Assembly: GCA_963796955.1 (NCBI GenBank)
Contig: CAWCNJ010000003.1
Coordinates: 1 to 64,000 of the forward strand
Origin: Endomicrobiales bacterium
Lineage (GTDB): Bacteria; Elusimicrobiota; Endomicrobiia; Endomicrobiales; JALOBY01
Direction of reading: 5' to 3'
Length of the DNA stretch: 64,000 nt
Under the pieces are notes generated by a model, which did not search any database, was not told the origin of the DNA, and saw nothing but the letters and a program-made list of their open reading frames with translations. How positions within the stretch are numbered: the stretch's first letter is position 1; the number at the start of each line of letters is the position of its first letter. Of this stretch, positions 54,050 to 64,000 are shown piece by piece. A program made the position numbers and the translations under genes.

Positions 54050-54823
54050 ATGAAATTACAGGACCAGGTGGACACTATTTGCGGCACCCTTAAAATTTGC
54101 GATGATCGCTATGTCGAAATAGAGACAAAAAGACAATTGAAGTTAACCCAGTATCAACACGTAAAACGCTATCTCGAGACCATCGGCGCAAAACACGAAC
54201 GCTCGGCATTTTTCTTCGACCAGTATATCGATACGCCTGATCTTGAGATATGCAGGAAAGGAGCAAGCCTGCGCATACGCTATAAGCAGGACGGCACAAA
54301 AGTCTATCTTCAGTACAAGGGCCCGGGATTTATCAAGGAAGGGGTATTGTTCAGGTCTGAATTCAACAGCGGTAAACTTCATGATGTTGTGCTTGAGGAA
54401 GACAGCAGCCATATGGTGCATTTTGATGAAAAATCCGTTCGCAAAATAATTATGAATCACGTGCCTGATGAAATGGGGTATGCTATGAAACGGCAGCTTG
54501 GTCAAATAATATTATCGCGCATATCGATGGGGCATCTTATCTGCTTCTATCATAAGGAAAAGTTCATACTGAAAAGCGGGAAAGTGATTTTGGAACCTTC
54601 TCTGGATAAAGTGTATTCATTCTACGTCGCTCACAAGCGTATGCATCTGATGTCCACTTTCTGCGAATATGAAAATGAAATAAAGGCGAAAGACAACTCC
54701 CTGGAAGAAAAACTTAAGAACATGCCGCTGCTCAGGAGATTCAACCGGAAGGTGTTGTCGAAATTCGACCTGCCTCTTGAAAAAAAAGATAAATACCACC
54801 GCTGTATGTCCCTGTTTTTGTAA
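54050..54823 (+). CDS. CYTH (triphosphate tunnel metalloenzyme) domain protein
   Basis: EIETK (ExExK), DQYIDTPD, SLRIR, QYKGP, EYENEIK, DKYHR. Confidence 0.8.
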   Translation: MKLQDQVDTICGTLKICDDRYVEIETKRQLKLTQYQHVKRYLETIGAKHERSAFFFDQYIDTPDLEICRKGASLRIRYKQDGTKVYLQYKGPGFIKEGVLFRSEFNSGKLHDVVLEEDSSHMVHFDEKSVRKIIMNHVPDEMGYAMKRQLGQIILSRISMGHLICFYHKEKFILKSGKVILEPSLDKVYSFYVAHKRMHLMSTFCEYENEIKAKDNSLEEKLKNMPLLRRFNRKVLSKFDLPLEKKDKYHRCMSLFL

Positions 54824-54853
54824 AGTGAAAATTAACGTCTGTATACCGATCTC

Positions 54854-54896
54854 TTGACAGTTGCAACAGAGTAGTGATATAATGCATATGTATGCA
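54854..54896 (+). promoter_or_regulatory. sigma70 promoter with a palindromic operator at the start site
   Basis: TTGACA (54854), 18 bp, TG-A-TATAAT (54878-54883); TGCATA-TG-TATGCA at 54883-54896. Confidence 0.8.
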
Positions 54897-54916
54897 AAAC
54901 ATTGCAGGGTGTATCC

Positions 54917-55246
54917 ATGAGGCCTAAAAAGACCCGCTGGGTTGAATGTTTGCCGGGCGAGAAATGCTTTCGCCCTTTGCGTTCTGCGTCCGGCGGTCTT
55001 GAGGGGGTCGTTTTGCTGCTTGACGAATACGAAGTTCTGCGTCTCACCCACCTTGAGAAATGCGATCAGGAATGCATCGCAAAAGCTATGAAGATACATC
55101 AGTCGACCATATCACGGATACTTGCATCGGCACATCGGAAAATGACTGAAGCGCTGGTGCACGACAAAGCCATCTGTGTTGATACCGGCTGTTGCAAGGT
55201 GATCAAACAAGGGAAGCGCCGTAGATCAAAGGGGAGTACAAAATGA
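54917..55246 (+). CDS. DUF134-family predicted DNA-binding protein, Cys-rich
   Basis: MRPKKTRWV, FRP, LLLDEYEVLRL, HTH QECIAKAMKIHQSTISRILASAHRK. Confidence 0.88.
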   Translation: MRPKKTRWVECLPGEKCFRPLRSASGGLEGVVLLLDEYEVLRLTHLEKCDQECIAKAMKIHQSTISRILASAHRKMTEALVHDKAICVDTGCCKVIKQGKRRRSKGSTK

Positions 55247-55297
55247 CGTGGCTGGGGTCGTTCTTCAAAAAAAATCTAGCAGAGCAAGAGGGTTAAC

Positions 55298-55726
55298 ATG
55301 GACAAGATCAGAGTATTATTCGTTTGTATTCACAATAGCGCCCGAAGTCAGATGGCGGAGGCGTTCATGAACCAGCTTGGTGGCGACAGGTTTGAGGCAT
55401 ACAGCGCCGGCCTTGAACCGGGTAAACTGAACCCGATCGTTGTTGAGGCGATGAAAGAGGTCGGGATCGATATTTCGGGTAATCAAACTAAAGGTGTATT
55501 TGACCTGCTCAGACAGGGTCAGCATTACGGGTATGTCTTCACGGTGTGCGACGAGGCCAGCGGTGAGAAATGTCCTCTCTTCCCCGGGGCGGGCAAAAAG
55601 ATCCATTGGGGTTTTCCCGACCCTTCGGCGCTGCAGGGCACGCGTGAAGAAAAATTGCGAGAAACCGGCAGGATCCGTGATATTATCAGAGAGAAAGTCG
55701 TCGAGTTCATTGCCGCAATAAAATAG
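55298..55726 (+). CDS. arsC: Arsenate reductase, LMW-PTP (thioredoxin-coupled) type
   Basis: [29 protein letters not shown]. Confidence 0.92.
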   Translation: MDKIRVLFVCIHNSARSQMAEAFMNQLGGDRFEAYSAGLEPGKLNPIVVEAMKEVGIDISGNQTKGVFDLLRQGQHYGYVFTVCDEASGEKCPLFPGAGKKIHWGFPDPSALQGTREEKLRETGRIRDIIREKVVEFIAAIK

Positions 55727-55734
55727 GATATTGT

Positions 55735-56790
55735 ATGTCAGAAAATCTTGCTAAGAAATTATCATTCCTGGACCGGTATCTTACCCTTTGGATCTTCTGC
55801 GCTATGGCCGGCGGCGTCGCGCTTGGGTGGTTCGTGCCTTCTATTACCGGCTTTTGGAAAAAATTCCAGTACGGGACAACGAATCTGCCTATTGCTATCG
55901 GTCTGATACTGATGATGTACCCGCCTCTTGCTAAAGTCAAGTATGAGGAGCTGGCGGATGTTTTCAGGGACAAGAAAGTGCTCGCGTTGTCACTGTTCCA
56001 AAACTGGTTTGTCGGGCCCGTACTTATGTTCGTGCTTGCGATACTATTTTTGCATAATTACCCGCAATACATGGTCGGCCTTATCATGATCGGTATCGCG
56101 CGCTGCATTGCGATGGTCATTGTCTGGAACGAGCTGGCCTGCGGCTGCACTGAATACTGCGCCGGGCTCGTAGCCTTCAACTCGATCTTCCAGGTGTTGT
56201 TCTATCCGTTATACGCGTGGGTTTTCATTACCGTGCTGCCGGGATGGTTCGGTCTTAAGGGCGTTGCGGTGCATATCACCATTTCCGAGATAGCTCGGAG
56301 TGTGTTCATATATCTCGGCATACCGTTCATCGCCGGATTTATAACGCGTTTTGTGCTGATCAGGCTCAAGGGCCGGGAGTGGTACGATTCCTTTTTCATT
56401 CCCAGGATAAGCCCGGTAACGCTGATCGCGTTGCTGTTCACTATCGTCGCGATGTTCTCTCTAAAAGGGGAGTATATCGTCAAGATCCCGCTTGATGTGC
56501 TGCGCATCGCCTTGCCTTTGCTTATTTATTTTGTTGTAATGTTCGTTGTATCATTCTTTATGAGCTGGAAGGTCGGCGCCGGCTATGAGCGATCCGTAAC
56601 GCTCTCGTTCACCGCGGCAAGCAATAATTTCGAACTGGCCATCGCGGTCGCGATCTCTGTATTCGGTATCGGTTCAGGGGCGGCTTTCGCCGCTGTTATC
56701 GGGCCGTTGGTAGAAGTGCCTGCGCTTATAATGCTGGTGAACGCCGCACTATGGTTTAAAGGAACGATAAACACAAATGGAAATGTTTAA
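55735..56790 (+). CDS. acr3: Arsenite efflux transporter Acr3
   Basis: [50 protein letters not shown]. Confidence 0.96.
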   Translation: MSENLAKKLSFLDRYLTLWIFCAMAGGVALGWFVPSITGFWKKFQYGTTNLPIAIGLILMMYPPLAKVKYEELADVFRDKKVLALSLFQNWFVGPVLMFVLAILFLHNYPQYMVGLIMIGIARCIAMVIVWNELACGCTEYCAGLVAFNSIFQVLFYPLYAWVFITVLPGWFGLKGVAVHITISEIARSVFIYLGIPFIAGFITRFVLIRLKGREWYDSFFIPRISPVTLIALLFTIVAMFSLKGEYIVKIPLDVLRIALPLLIYFVVMFVVSFFMSWKVGAGYERSVTLSFTAASNNFELAIAVAISVFGIGSGAAFAAVIGPLVEVPALIMLVNAALWFKGTINTNGNV

Positions 56791-57457
56791 CACAGTACTG
56801 TTTTCGGATGTGCACCTTGGTTCGCCGACCAGCCGGGCCTATGAGCTGCTTAATACCCTGAAACAGTACCGGTTCAAAAAACTGGTCATTGTCGGCGATA
56901 TGTTCGAGGACCTTGATTTCAAACACCTGACGAGCACCCACTGGGAGCTGTTGGAACATATCGGCAAACTTTCACGGCGCGACGTCGAAGTCATCTGGAT
57001 CGAAGGCAACCACGACGCAAAGTTCGTGCGCTTCATGGCGAATATGATCGGCATTCCCGCTAAGCTGGAGTACGAATGGGAAATTGACGGCAAAAAGTTC
57101 CTCGCCCTGCATGGCCACCAGTTCGACAGCTTCATGACGAACAATATTTTTCTCGGCCGGTTCCTGGCCGGTCTTTTTGCGATGTTCCAGCGGTTCACGT
57201 CTTCTCAACTGTTCGACCTTATCCTGGTAAAAGTTTCCGACCGGTGGCTGCGCCTTACGGAGCAGGTTGCCTACCTGGCCATTGAGTACGGCAAAAAGAA
57301 AAAAGCCGATGTGGTGATCTGCGGCCATACCCACTTTATTTTTAACTTGAAGAAGGACGAGGTTGAATACTTTAACCTGGGCTGCTGGAATAACGCGCCC
57401 TCATACCTGCTGGCGATCACCGAAGACGGAACTGCGACCTACAAGGTTATACCCTGA
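56777..57457 (+). CDS. LpxH/PlcP-like calcineurin-type metallophosphoesterase
   Basis: SDVHLG, VGD, EGNHD, HGHQFD, CGHTH, NLGCW. Confidence 0.85.
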   Translation: MEMFNTVLFSDVHLGSPTSRAYELLNTLKQYRFKKLVIVGDMFEDLDFKHLTSTHWELLEHIGKLSRRDVEVIWIEGNHDAKFVRFMANMIGIPAKLEYEWEIDGKKFLALHGHQFDSFMTNNIFLGRFLAGLFAMFQRFTSSQLFDLILVKVSDRWLRLTEQVAYLAIEYGKKKKADVVICGHTHFIFNLKKDEVEYFNLGCWNNAPSYLLAITEDGTATYKVIP

Positions 57458-57465
57458 GGGAACCC

Positions 57466-58962
57466 GTGCGAAATGCTTTATACAGATACTTGTTCAGCAT
57501 CCTGCTGGTCCTTGCGGTTACATTTGTCGGAAGTATCACTAAAAATGTGCTCGCGCCGGTAAATGTTGTTTTTATTTATTTGATGATAGTTATCGCTACC
57601 GCTATCCTTTGGGGAAAGGGACCCGCGGTGCTGACATCTGTCTTGAGCGTTCTTGCTTTCGATTATTTTCTGGTGCCTCCCTATCTGACCTTCGCAGTAA
57701 ATAACTTTCAGTATGTTTTTACATTTGCGGGCCTTTTAATTACGGGCCTGGTCATCAGTGACCTCTCGATCAAAACAACGCGGCAAACGCTGGAGGCCGG
57801 CAAACGGGAAACGCAAACGGCCATCCTTTACCGGCTGAGCAGGGATCTGGCGGCATCATATTCTTATGAAGATGTCCTGGTCGCGATCAGAAGGAATATC
57901 GGAGAGATCTTTAATTGCAGCGTCGCAGTTTTTTTGCCATCGGGCGATACTATGGTCCCGGAAAGCTTCGATGCAGATTTTCAGATAGACGACCACGAAC
58001 ATGCGATTGTCGAATGGGTTAATTCCAGCGGCAGCCCGGCCGGCCTGGGTACGGATAGCCTGCGGTCGGTAAAGGCGCACTATCTGCCTCTCAAGATATC
58101 ACACGACACCTACGGAGTTCTGGGGGTGTTTTTCAAGGGGGGAAAATCAGCGCTGAGCAGCGATGAAAAAAATCTGTTGAACGCGCTGTCCAGCCAGGCG
58201 GCGGTTGCGATCCACCATGCGAGGCTGGCTGAAGATGCTCGCAGGCTGGCGCTGGATAAAGCGACTGAAAAATTGCAGATCACGCTTCTCAATTCAATTT
58301 CACACGATCTTCGCACGCCGTTGGTATCTATAAAAGGCGCCTTAAGCAGCCTGCTGCAGGATCCGGCATTGCTGGACGAGGATACGCGCCGGGAGCTGCT
58401 TTCGACCGCTTATGAAGAGTCAGACCGGCTTAACAGGCTGGTGGGTAATCTGTTGGACATGACCAGGGTTGAGTCCGGGTCCATGAAGATCAACCTTAAA
58501 CCCTGTGAACTGCGCGATGTGATAGGCTCTTCCCTTCAATCGTTAAAAGACACGCTTGAGGGTAGGGAAATACAGATCGCAATCCCCAACAATTTGCCGG
58601 AAATCCCGATGGATTTTACGCTGATGATGCGCGTATTCGTGAATCTGCTGGACAATACCATAAAATATTCACCGCCGCAAACCCCGATAACAATAGCTGT
58701 CGCACGCGCACATGATAGTGTAAGTATCGCGGTAAAAGATCGCGGTTTTGGCATCCCCCCGGAAGACCTTTCACGCATATTTAACAAATTCTACCGTGCC
58801 GAAAAGCCCCGCCAGATAACTGGTACGGGACTTGGCCTGTCCATCTGTAAAGGCATAGTTGAAGCTCACGGCGGCACTATCCGCGCAGAGAACAATCAGG
58901 ACAAAGGCGCTACCTTCACAGTCGTTCTGCCGCTTGACAAAGGAGAGTCGAATGCAGGGTAG
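57466..58962 (+). CDS. kdpD: KdpD-type sensor kinase lacking the N-terminal KdpD/USP domains
   Basis: Begins at the four-TM DUF4118 region (AFDYFLVPPYLTF), then GAF, SHDLRTPL, NLLDMTR, GTGLGL. Confidence 0.88.
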   Translation: MRNALYRYLFSILLVLAVTFVGSITKNVLAPVNVVFIYLMIVIATAILWGKGPAVLTSVLSVLAFDYFLVPPYLTFAVNNFQYVFTFAGLLITGLVISDLSIKTTRQTLEAGKRETQTAILYRLSRDLAASYSYEDVLVAIRRNIGEIFNCSVAVFLPSGDTMVPESFDADFQIDDHEHAIVEWVNSSGSPAGLGTDSLRSVKAHYLPLKISHDTYGVLGVFFKGGKSALSSDEKNLLNALSSQAAVAIHHARLAEDARRLALDKATEKLQITLLNSISHDLRTPLVSIKGALSSLLQDPALLDEDTRRELLSTAYEESDRLNRLVGNLLDMTRVESGSMKINLKPCELRDVIGSSLQSLKDTLEGREIQIAIPNNLPEIPMDFTLMMRVFVNLLDNTIKYSPPQTPITIAVARAHDSVSIAVKDRGFGIPPEDLSRIFNKFYRAEKPRQITGTGLGLSICKGIVEAHGGTIRAENNQDKGATFTVVLPLDKGESNAG

Positions 58963-59653
58963 CGGTGATCCACGCATCCTTGTGGTAGATGATGAGAAAA
59001 CGATACGGCGCTTTTTGCGGGCGACGCTGGTTTCGCACGGGTATGGCGTGGCTGAGGCTGTAAATGGGCAGGAGGCGCTGGAACTTTCTGTCTCGGCGCA
59101 CCCTGATGCTATTATTTTGGATCTGGGGTTGCCGGATATGGATGGGGCCGAGGTGACGCGTCAGGTGCGTAAGCGTTCCCGGATACCTATTATTATTTTG
59201 TCGGTGCGGGACCATGAAAGTGATAAGATATCGGCGCTGGACGCGGGGGCGGATGACTATCTTACCAAGCCTTTCGACGCGGGCGAACTGCTGGCGCGTA
59301 TTCGGGCGGTGATGAGACGGTTGCTGCCGCAAAACAAAAGCGCTGTTTTTAAGATCAAAAACCTTATGATGGATATTGCCAGACACGTGGTGGAAGTGAA
59401 GGGGAAAGCGGTCCATCTGACCCCTACTGAATATAATGTACTGAAAATGCTGGTGGCCAATGCCGGTGGTATTGTAACCCAGGGCCAGCTGCTGAAAGAG
59501 ATCTGGGATAAAACGGAAAATGTTGAAGGCGCCGAACATCTTCTGAGGGTCACCATCAGCAACCTGCGTAATAAAATAGAAACGAACCCTGACAGGCCAA
59601 GCTTAATTCTTACTGAACCCGCCGTCGGTTACCGATTGTTTTCAGACAACTAA
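58952..59653 (+). CDS. kdpE: KdpE response regulator
   Basis: LDLGLPDMDG, ALDAGADDYLTKPF, HLTPTEY, TEPAVGYR. Confidence 0.92.
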   Translation: MQGSGDPRILVVDDEKTIRRFLRATLVSHGYGVAEAVNGQEALELSVSAHPDAIILDLGLPDMDGAEVTRQVRKRSRIPIIILSVRDHESDKISALDAGADDYLTKPFDAGELLARIRAVMRRLLPQNKSAVFKIKNLMMDIARHVVEVKGKAVHLTPTEYNVLKMLVANAGGIVTQGQLLKEIWDKTENVEGAEHLLRVTISNLRNKIETNPDRPSLILTEPAVGYRLFSDN

Positions 59654-59675
59654 CTCTTCTTTATAATCAAAAAAA

Positions 59676-59721
59676 TTGACTAATTTTTGACTTGCCCGCT
59701 CGCCATGTCTTGTGGTATGCT
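59676..59721 (+). promoter_or_regulatory. Probable KdpE box and -10 element of kdpA
   Basis: TTGACT direct repeat at 59676 and 59687 (11-bp spacing); TG-G-TATGCT with TATGCT at 59716-59721. Confidence 0.55.
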
Positions 59722-59750
59722 ACCCCCATGATGTTGCATGGAGGGTATCT

Positions 59751-61457
59751 ATGATAGTGAACGGTTGGGTATTTCAATTGGTTGTCTTTTTGGTGGTGTT
59801 GACGGTAGCGGCTGTCGCGCTCGGCGAGTATTTGGCCGATGTATTCTCAGGCAAAAAAACATTCCTGAGCCCGTTGTTCAACCTTGTAGAGAACGCGCTC
59901 TATGGGTTGTTCGGTATAGACCCTTCGAAGGAAACAGGATGGAAAACCTACGCCCTTGATCTGGTAATATTTAACCTTGTAGGCATCGCGGCGCTTTTTC
60001 TGTTACAGCAGGTTCAGCACCTGCTGCCGCTTAATCCGCAGAAATTCGGGGCGGTAAAGTGGGACCTTGCGCTCAATACCGCGGTCTCTTTTGTTACCAA
60101 TACCAACTGGCAAAATTATGGCGGTGAAGGCACCATGAGTTATCTTACCCAGATGATGGGTATGACGGTGCAGAATTTTCTGTCCGCTGCCACGGGCCTT
60201 GCGGCGATGATCGTTTTCATTCGGGCTTTTGCCCGCCAAAGCGTATCTAAGATCGGCAATTTCTGGGTTGACCTTACGCGGTCAATAGTGTACGTGCTGC
60301 TTCCGATGTCGTTTATTTTCGCTCTGGTACTGGTCGGCCAGGGTGTGATACAGAATTTTGATCCGAATGTGAAGGCCAAAACGCTTCAAGGCGCCGAGCA
60401 GGTTATCGCCATGGGGCCGGTTGCTTCCCAGGCAGCCATTAAAATCGTTGGTACCAATGGCGGCGGCTTCTTTAACGCCAACGCCGCCCACCCGTACGAA
60501 AATCCTACTCCTATGAGCGACTATTTACAGATACTGGCGATGCTGGTAATAGCGGCTGCATCGCCTTTTGCTTTCGGCAAGATGATCGGCTCCAGAAAAC
60601 AGGGATGGGTGCTGTTCATCTCTATGATGATACTGTACCTGCTTGGATTAAGTGTCGTCATATGGTCGGAGTTCCACGGCAATCCCATTCTTGCGAAACT
60701 CGGTGTTTCGGGCGGCGTGAACATGGCCGGTAAGGAAGTGCGTTTCGGCCAGCTTGCGTCGGCGGTGTTTGCGCATTCAACGACCGTAACATCGTGCGGC
60801 GCGGTAAACTGTATGCACGACAGCCTTTTGCCGCTTTCCAGCATGATCCTTATATTCAATATCGCGATCGGCGAGGTCATTTTCGGCGGGGTAGGAACCG
60901 GTCTTATCAGCATGATCATTTATGCGATTATCACCATGTTCCTGGTCGGGCTTATGATAGGCCGTACGCCGGAGATCTTCGGAAAAAAGCTGGAGCCGCA
61001 GGAAATGGCCATGGCGGTGGTGATCCTGCTTGCCTCAACGGTGGTGCAGCTTACTTTTACCGCCGTTGGCGTCTCGAATGCGTTCGGACTATCCAGCCTT
61101 AATAACGCAGGTCCCCATGGTTTTACCGAGATCCTGTATGCCTTTGTATCCATGGCGGGCAATAACGGCTCAGCTTTTGCGGGGTTGAACGGTAACACGC
61201 CGTTCTATAACATTGCAGGGGCCTTTACCATGCTGGTCGGCCGCTATTTTGTTATCGTGCCGTCCATCGCGATCGCCGGGATGTTGGCACAGAAAAAGAT
61301 GGTGCCCAAAAGCGTCAAATTCCCTACGGCAAGTCCGTTGTTCGTTGTTATGCTGGTCAGCGTGGTCATTGTGGTCGGGGCGCTATCGTTCTTTCCGCCC
61401 CTGGCCCTGGGGCCTATGCTGGAACACATGATGATGCAGGCCGGGAGGACCTTCTAA
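59751..61457 (+). CDS. kdpA: K+-transporting ATPase subunit A
   Basis: [39 protein letters not shown] follows GGAGG. Confidence 0.96.
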   Translation: MIVNGWVFQLVVFLVVLTVAAVALGEYLADVFSGKKTFLSPLFNLVENALYGLFGIDPSKETGWKTYALDLVIFNLVGIAALFLLQQVQHLLPLNPQKFGAVKWDLALNTAVSFVTNTNWQNYGGEGTMSYLTQMMGMTVQNFLSAATGLAAMIVFIRAFARQSVSKIGNFWVDLTRSIVYVLLPMSFIFALVLVGQGVIQNFDPNVKAKTLQGAEQVIAMGPVASQAAIKIVGTNGGGFFNANAAHPYENPTPMSDYLQILAMLVIAAASPFAFGKMIGSRKQGWVLFISMMILYLLGLSVVIWSEFHGNPILAKLGVSGGVNMAGKEVRFGQLASAVFAHSTTVTSCGAVNCMHDSLLPLSSMILIFNIAIGEVIFGGVGTGLISMIIYAIITMFLVGLMIGRTPEIFGKKLEPQEMAMAVVILLASTVVQLTFTAVGVSNAFGLSSLNNAGPHGFTEILYAFVSMAGNNGSAFAGLNGNTPFYNIAGAFTMLVGRYFVIVPSIAIAGMLAQKKMVPKSVKFPTASPLFVVMLVSVVIVVGALSFFPPLALGPMLEHMMMQAGRTF

Positions 61458-63493
61458 TGGAAAACAATAAAAAAAGTGTCTGGCAGTACGACATTATAAT
61501 GAAAGCGGTTCAAGGCTCGTTCGTTAAGCTGAACCCCATCACATTGCTGCGCAATCCTGTCATGTTCATTGTTGAGCTTGGCTCGGCGATAGTAACCTAT
61601 ATCGCTTTCAGGAATATGGCAGCCGGCAGAAGTTTTGCCTTTGACATCCAGATAAGCTTGTGGTTGTGGTTTACGGTCCTTTTCGCGAACTTTGCCGAAG
61701 CGTTGGCCGAGGGTAAGGGAAAGGCTCAGGCGGAAGCCCTTAAAAAAGCAAGAAGCGAAACAGCCGCCAATAAAGTGCTGGAAGATGGAACAATAGAGAA
61801 CATACCGTCATCCGATCTGCGCAAAGAAGACATTGTTATCGTTAAAGACGGAGAGATAATACCCGTTGATGGTGAAATAATAGAAGGAGTTTCCTTGGTG
61901 GACGAATCAGCGATTACGGGAGAATCGGCGCCGGTGGTACGCGAATACGGCGGTGATAAAAGCGGGGTTACCGGCGGTACCAAGGTATTGTCAGGCAGTA
62001 TTAAAGTGAAAATAACGGCAAACCCCGGCGAGACCTTCCTTGACCGGATGATCGGCATGGTGGAAAACGCCAAACGCCAGAAAACGCCCAATGAAAAGGC
62101 GCTTGAGATATTACTGATCGCGATGACCGTGTTATTCCTGGTGGTGTGCGTTACATTGAAATATTTCGCGGCATATATGCTGGTGCCTATTTCCGTTCCG
62201 ATACTGATCTCACTGCTTGTTTGTTTGATGCCGACGACCATCGGCGGGTTGCTGCCTGCCATCGGCATCGCGGGCATGGACCGGCTGCTGAGCAACAATG
62301 TTATCGCCTTAAGCGGCCGGGCGGTGGAAGCCGCCGGCGACGTTAACGTGGTGCTGCTGGATAAAACAGGCACCATAACGCTTGGCAACAGAATGGCGAC
62401 GGAATTTATGCCGGTTACCGGTGTAACCGCCGAAGAGCTGGCGAACGCGGCGATGCTTTCATCCCTTGCCGACGAAACGCCAGAAGGCCGGAGTATTGTG
62501 GTGCTTGCCAAGGATAAGCTGAAGGTGCGCGGTCGCGATATCCGTGCCCCGGAAGGTGCGGTTTTCATTGAGTTCAGCGCCCAGACGCGCATGAGTGGTA
62601 TCGATGTGGGTGGGCAGAAAATACGAAAAGGTGCTTTTGAATCCATAGTCGAATATGTTAAGGTCAGTGGCGGCTCTGTGCCCGATGATGTTGAGCGTCT
62701 GGCGAACGATGTTTCGGGCGATGGCGGCACGCCGTTAGTGGTTGCCGATGACAAACGGGTGCTGGGTGTTATCCGTCTAAAAGATATAGTTAAAACAGGT
62801 ATAAAGGACCGGCTGCAACAGTTGAGCAATATGGGCATAGAGTCGATCATGATAACCGGCGACAATCCTCTTACCGCCGTGGTAATTGCAGCCGAGGCTG
62901 GGGTCAGCGATTTTATCGCGCCAGCAAAACCCGAAACAAAACTGAACAGTATCAGAGAGCTGCAATCCCGCGGAAACATGGTAGCCATGATCGGCGACGG
63001 CACCAATGATGCCCCGGCGCTTGCGCAGGCGGACGTGGCTGTTGCAATGAATGCCGGCACGCAGGCCGCCCGTGAAGCCGCCAATATGATAGATCTCGAC
63101 TCTAATCCGACAAAGTTGTTGGATATTGTCGAGATCGGCAAGCAGATACTCATAACAAGGGGTTCTATCACCACCTTCAGCGTAACGAACGACGTCGCGA
63201 AATACTTCGCCATTATCCCGGCGATATTCGCGGCAACCTATCCGATGCTGGGTATATTGAACATTATGCATCTGGCTAACCCCCGGAGCGCGGTATTGTC
63301 GGCGGTAATATTTAATGCTCTGATAATCCCGATGCTGATACCGCTGTCGCTGAAAGGGGTGCAGTATAAACAAAGCACGGCGCAGTCGCTGCTGGTGCGC
63401 AATTTCCTCATATACGGTGTTGGCGGTTTGCTGCTGCCGTTCGTCGGCATAAAGCTGATCGATATGCTGCTGGTCACATTGAGACTGGTATAA
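61457..63493 (+). CDS. kdpB: K+-transporting P-type ATPase subunit B
   Basis: [34 protein letters not shown]. Confidence 0.98.
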   Translation: MENNKKSVWQYDIIMKAVQGSFVKLNPITLLRNPVMFIVELGSAIVTYIAFRNMAAGRSFAFDIQISLWLWFTVLFANFAEALAEGKGKAQAEALKKARSETAANKVLEDGTIENIPSSDLRKEDIVIVKDGEIIPVDGEIIEGVSLVDESAITGESAPVVREYGGDKSGVTGGTKVLSGSIKVKITANPGETFLDRMIGMVENAKRQKTPNEKALEILLIAMTVLFLVVCVTLKYFAAYMLVPISVPILISLLVCLMPTTIGGLLPAIGIAGMDRLLSNNVIALSGRAVEAAGDVNVVLLDKTGTITLGNRMATEFMPVTGVTAEELANAAMLSSLADETPEGRSIVVLAKDKLKVRGRDIRAPEGAVFIEFSAQTRMSGIDVGGQKIRKGAFESIVEYVKVSGGSVPDDVERLANDVSGDGGTPLVVADDKRVLGVIRLKDIVKTGIKDRLQQLSNMGIESIMITGDNPLTAVVIAAEAGVSDFIAPAKPETKLNSIRELQSRGNMVAMIGDGTNDAPALAQADVAVAMNAGTQAAREAANMIDLDSNPTKLLDIVEIGKQILITRGSITTFSVTNDVAKYFAIIPAIFAATYPMLGILNIMHLANPRSAVLSAVIFNALIIPMLIPLSLKGVQYKQSTAQSLLVRNFLIYGVGGLLLPFVGIKLIDMLLVTLRLV

Positions 63494-63499
63494 GGAGCT

Positions 63500-64000
63500 A
63501 TGATAATGAAAAACATAATTCAGTCGCTCAGGGTATATGTGGTTTTTACGGTGTTGCTGGGGTTGGTCTATCCGGTGGCGGTTACCGTTATTGCCCAGGT
63601 TTCCCTGCCGTGTCAGTCTGAGGGCAGTCTTATCCACCGGGATGGTGTGGTCGTGGGTTCACGGCTTATCGGGCAGAGTTTTACCGAGCTGAAATATTTT
63701 CAAAGCAGGCCTTCGGCGAATAATTACGACGGCACCAATTCGGCGCCGAAAACCTGGGCCCAACCAGTAAAAAACTGATGGATGGCACGGCGGTGTTGCT
63801 TGCCAGGGCTCGGCAGGATAACGGGCTCAGCTCCAGTGCGGCGATACCTTCGGATATGGTTCTTTCGTCGGCAAGCGGCTTGGACCCGCATATATCGCTT
63901 GAAAATGCCGCGCTTCAGGCGGGGCGTATCGCGAAGCTCAGGGGTGTAAGCCAGGATGCGTTGAAAAAATTGATCGTTGAAAACATCGACCCTGATTTCA
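63500..64000 (+). CDS. kdpC: K+-transporting ATPase subunit C; frameshift near 63741, 3' end beyond the window
   Basis: GSRLIGQSF, YFQSRPSA; after the shift GAENLGPTS..SASGLDPHIS. Confidence 0.92.

Noticed and set aside
61726..63213. 495-aa antisense ORF
   Set aside because: A shadow of kdpB on the opposite strand with no recognisable motifs.
63500..64000. kdpC as a pseudogene
   Set aside because: A single missing base with intact downstream motifs; probably a consensus error.
1..64000. CRISPR array, IS or integrase, prophage, rRNA
   Set aside because: No regularly spaced repeats, transposase, integrase, phage genes or rRNA signatures were recognised by eye.

Overview
A bacterial chromosomal window, almost all on the + strand. 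The giant-protein architecture and porin type suggest an Elusimicrobiota/Omnitrophota-like lineage (inference from recalled protein features, not from a search). From left to right: (1) a PHP-GT4 glycosyltransferase, a purple-acid-phosphatase-like gene, an orphan sensor kinase and a COG4705 membrane protein; (2) two tRNAs, a zinc-ribbon gene, RNase HI and the RNase P RNA; (3) the first half of the dcw cluster (mraZ-rsmH-ftsL-ftsI-murE-murF-mraY-murD) with a clear sigma70 promoter and MraZ boxes; (4) a roughly 40 kb phosphorus-economy region: ppx-like, ppk1, CHAD, HD, ROK kinase, phoBR, porin, pstSCAB-phoU, olsB/olsA-like genes, a second ppk1, CYTH, DUF134-arsC-acr3 and a PlcP/LpxH-like phosphoesterase, with 11-bp-periodic Pho-box-like arrays before three of its transcription units; (5) kdpDE-kdpABC running off the end. 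The standout is an 18.2 kb giant gene inside the phosphorus region. Its two ORFs (5177 aa and 857 aa) share a frame and rejoin into about 6065 aa once two compensating homopolymer indels are corrected. It carries membrane helices, a beta-barrel-like segment, a 478-aa tandem beta-rich repeat, a duplicated membrane module of about 620 aa, and apparently degenerate glycogen-synthase-like and amylomaltase-like C-terminal domains. Frameshifts in the porin, pstS, pstC, the giant gene and kdpC look mostly like long-read consensus errors.
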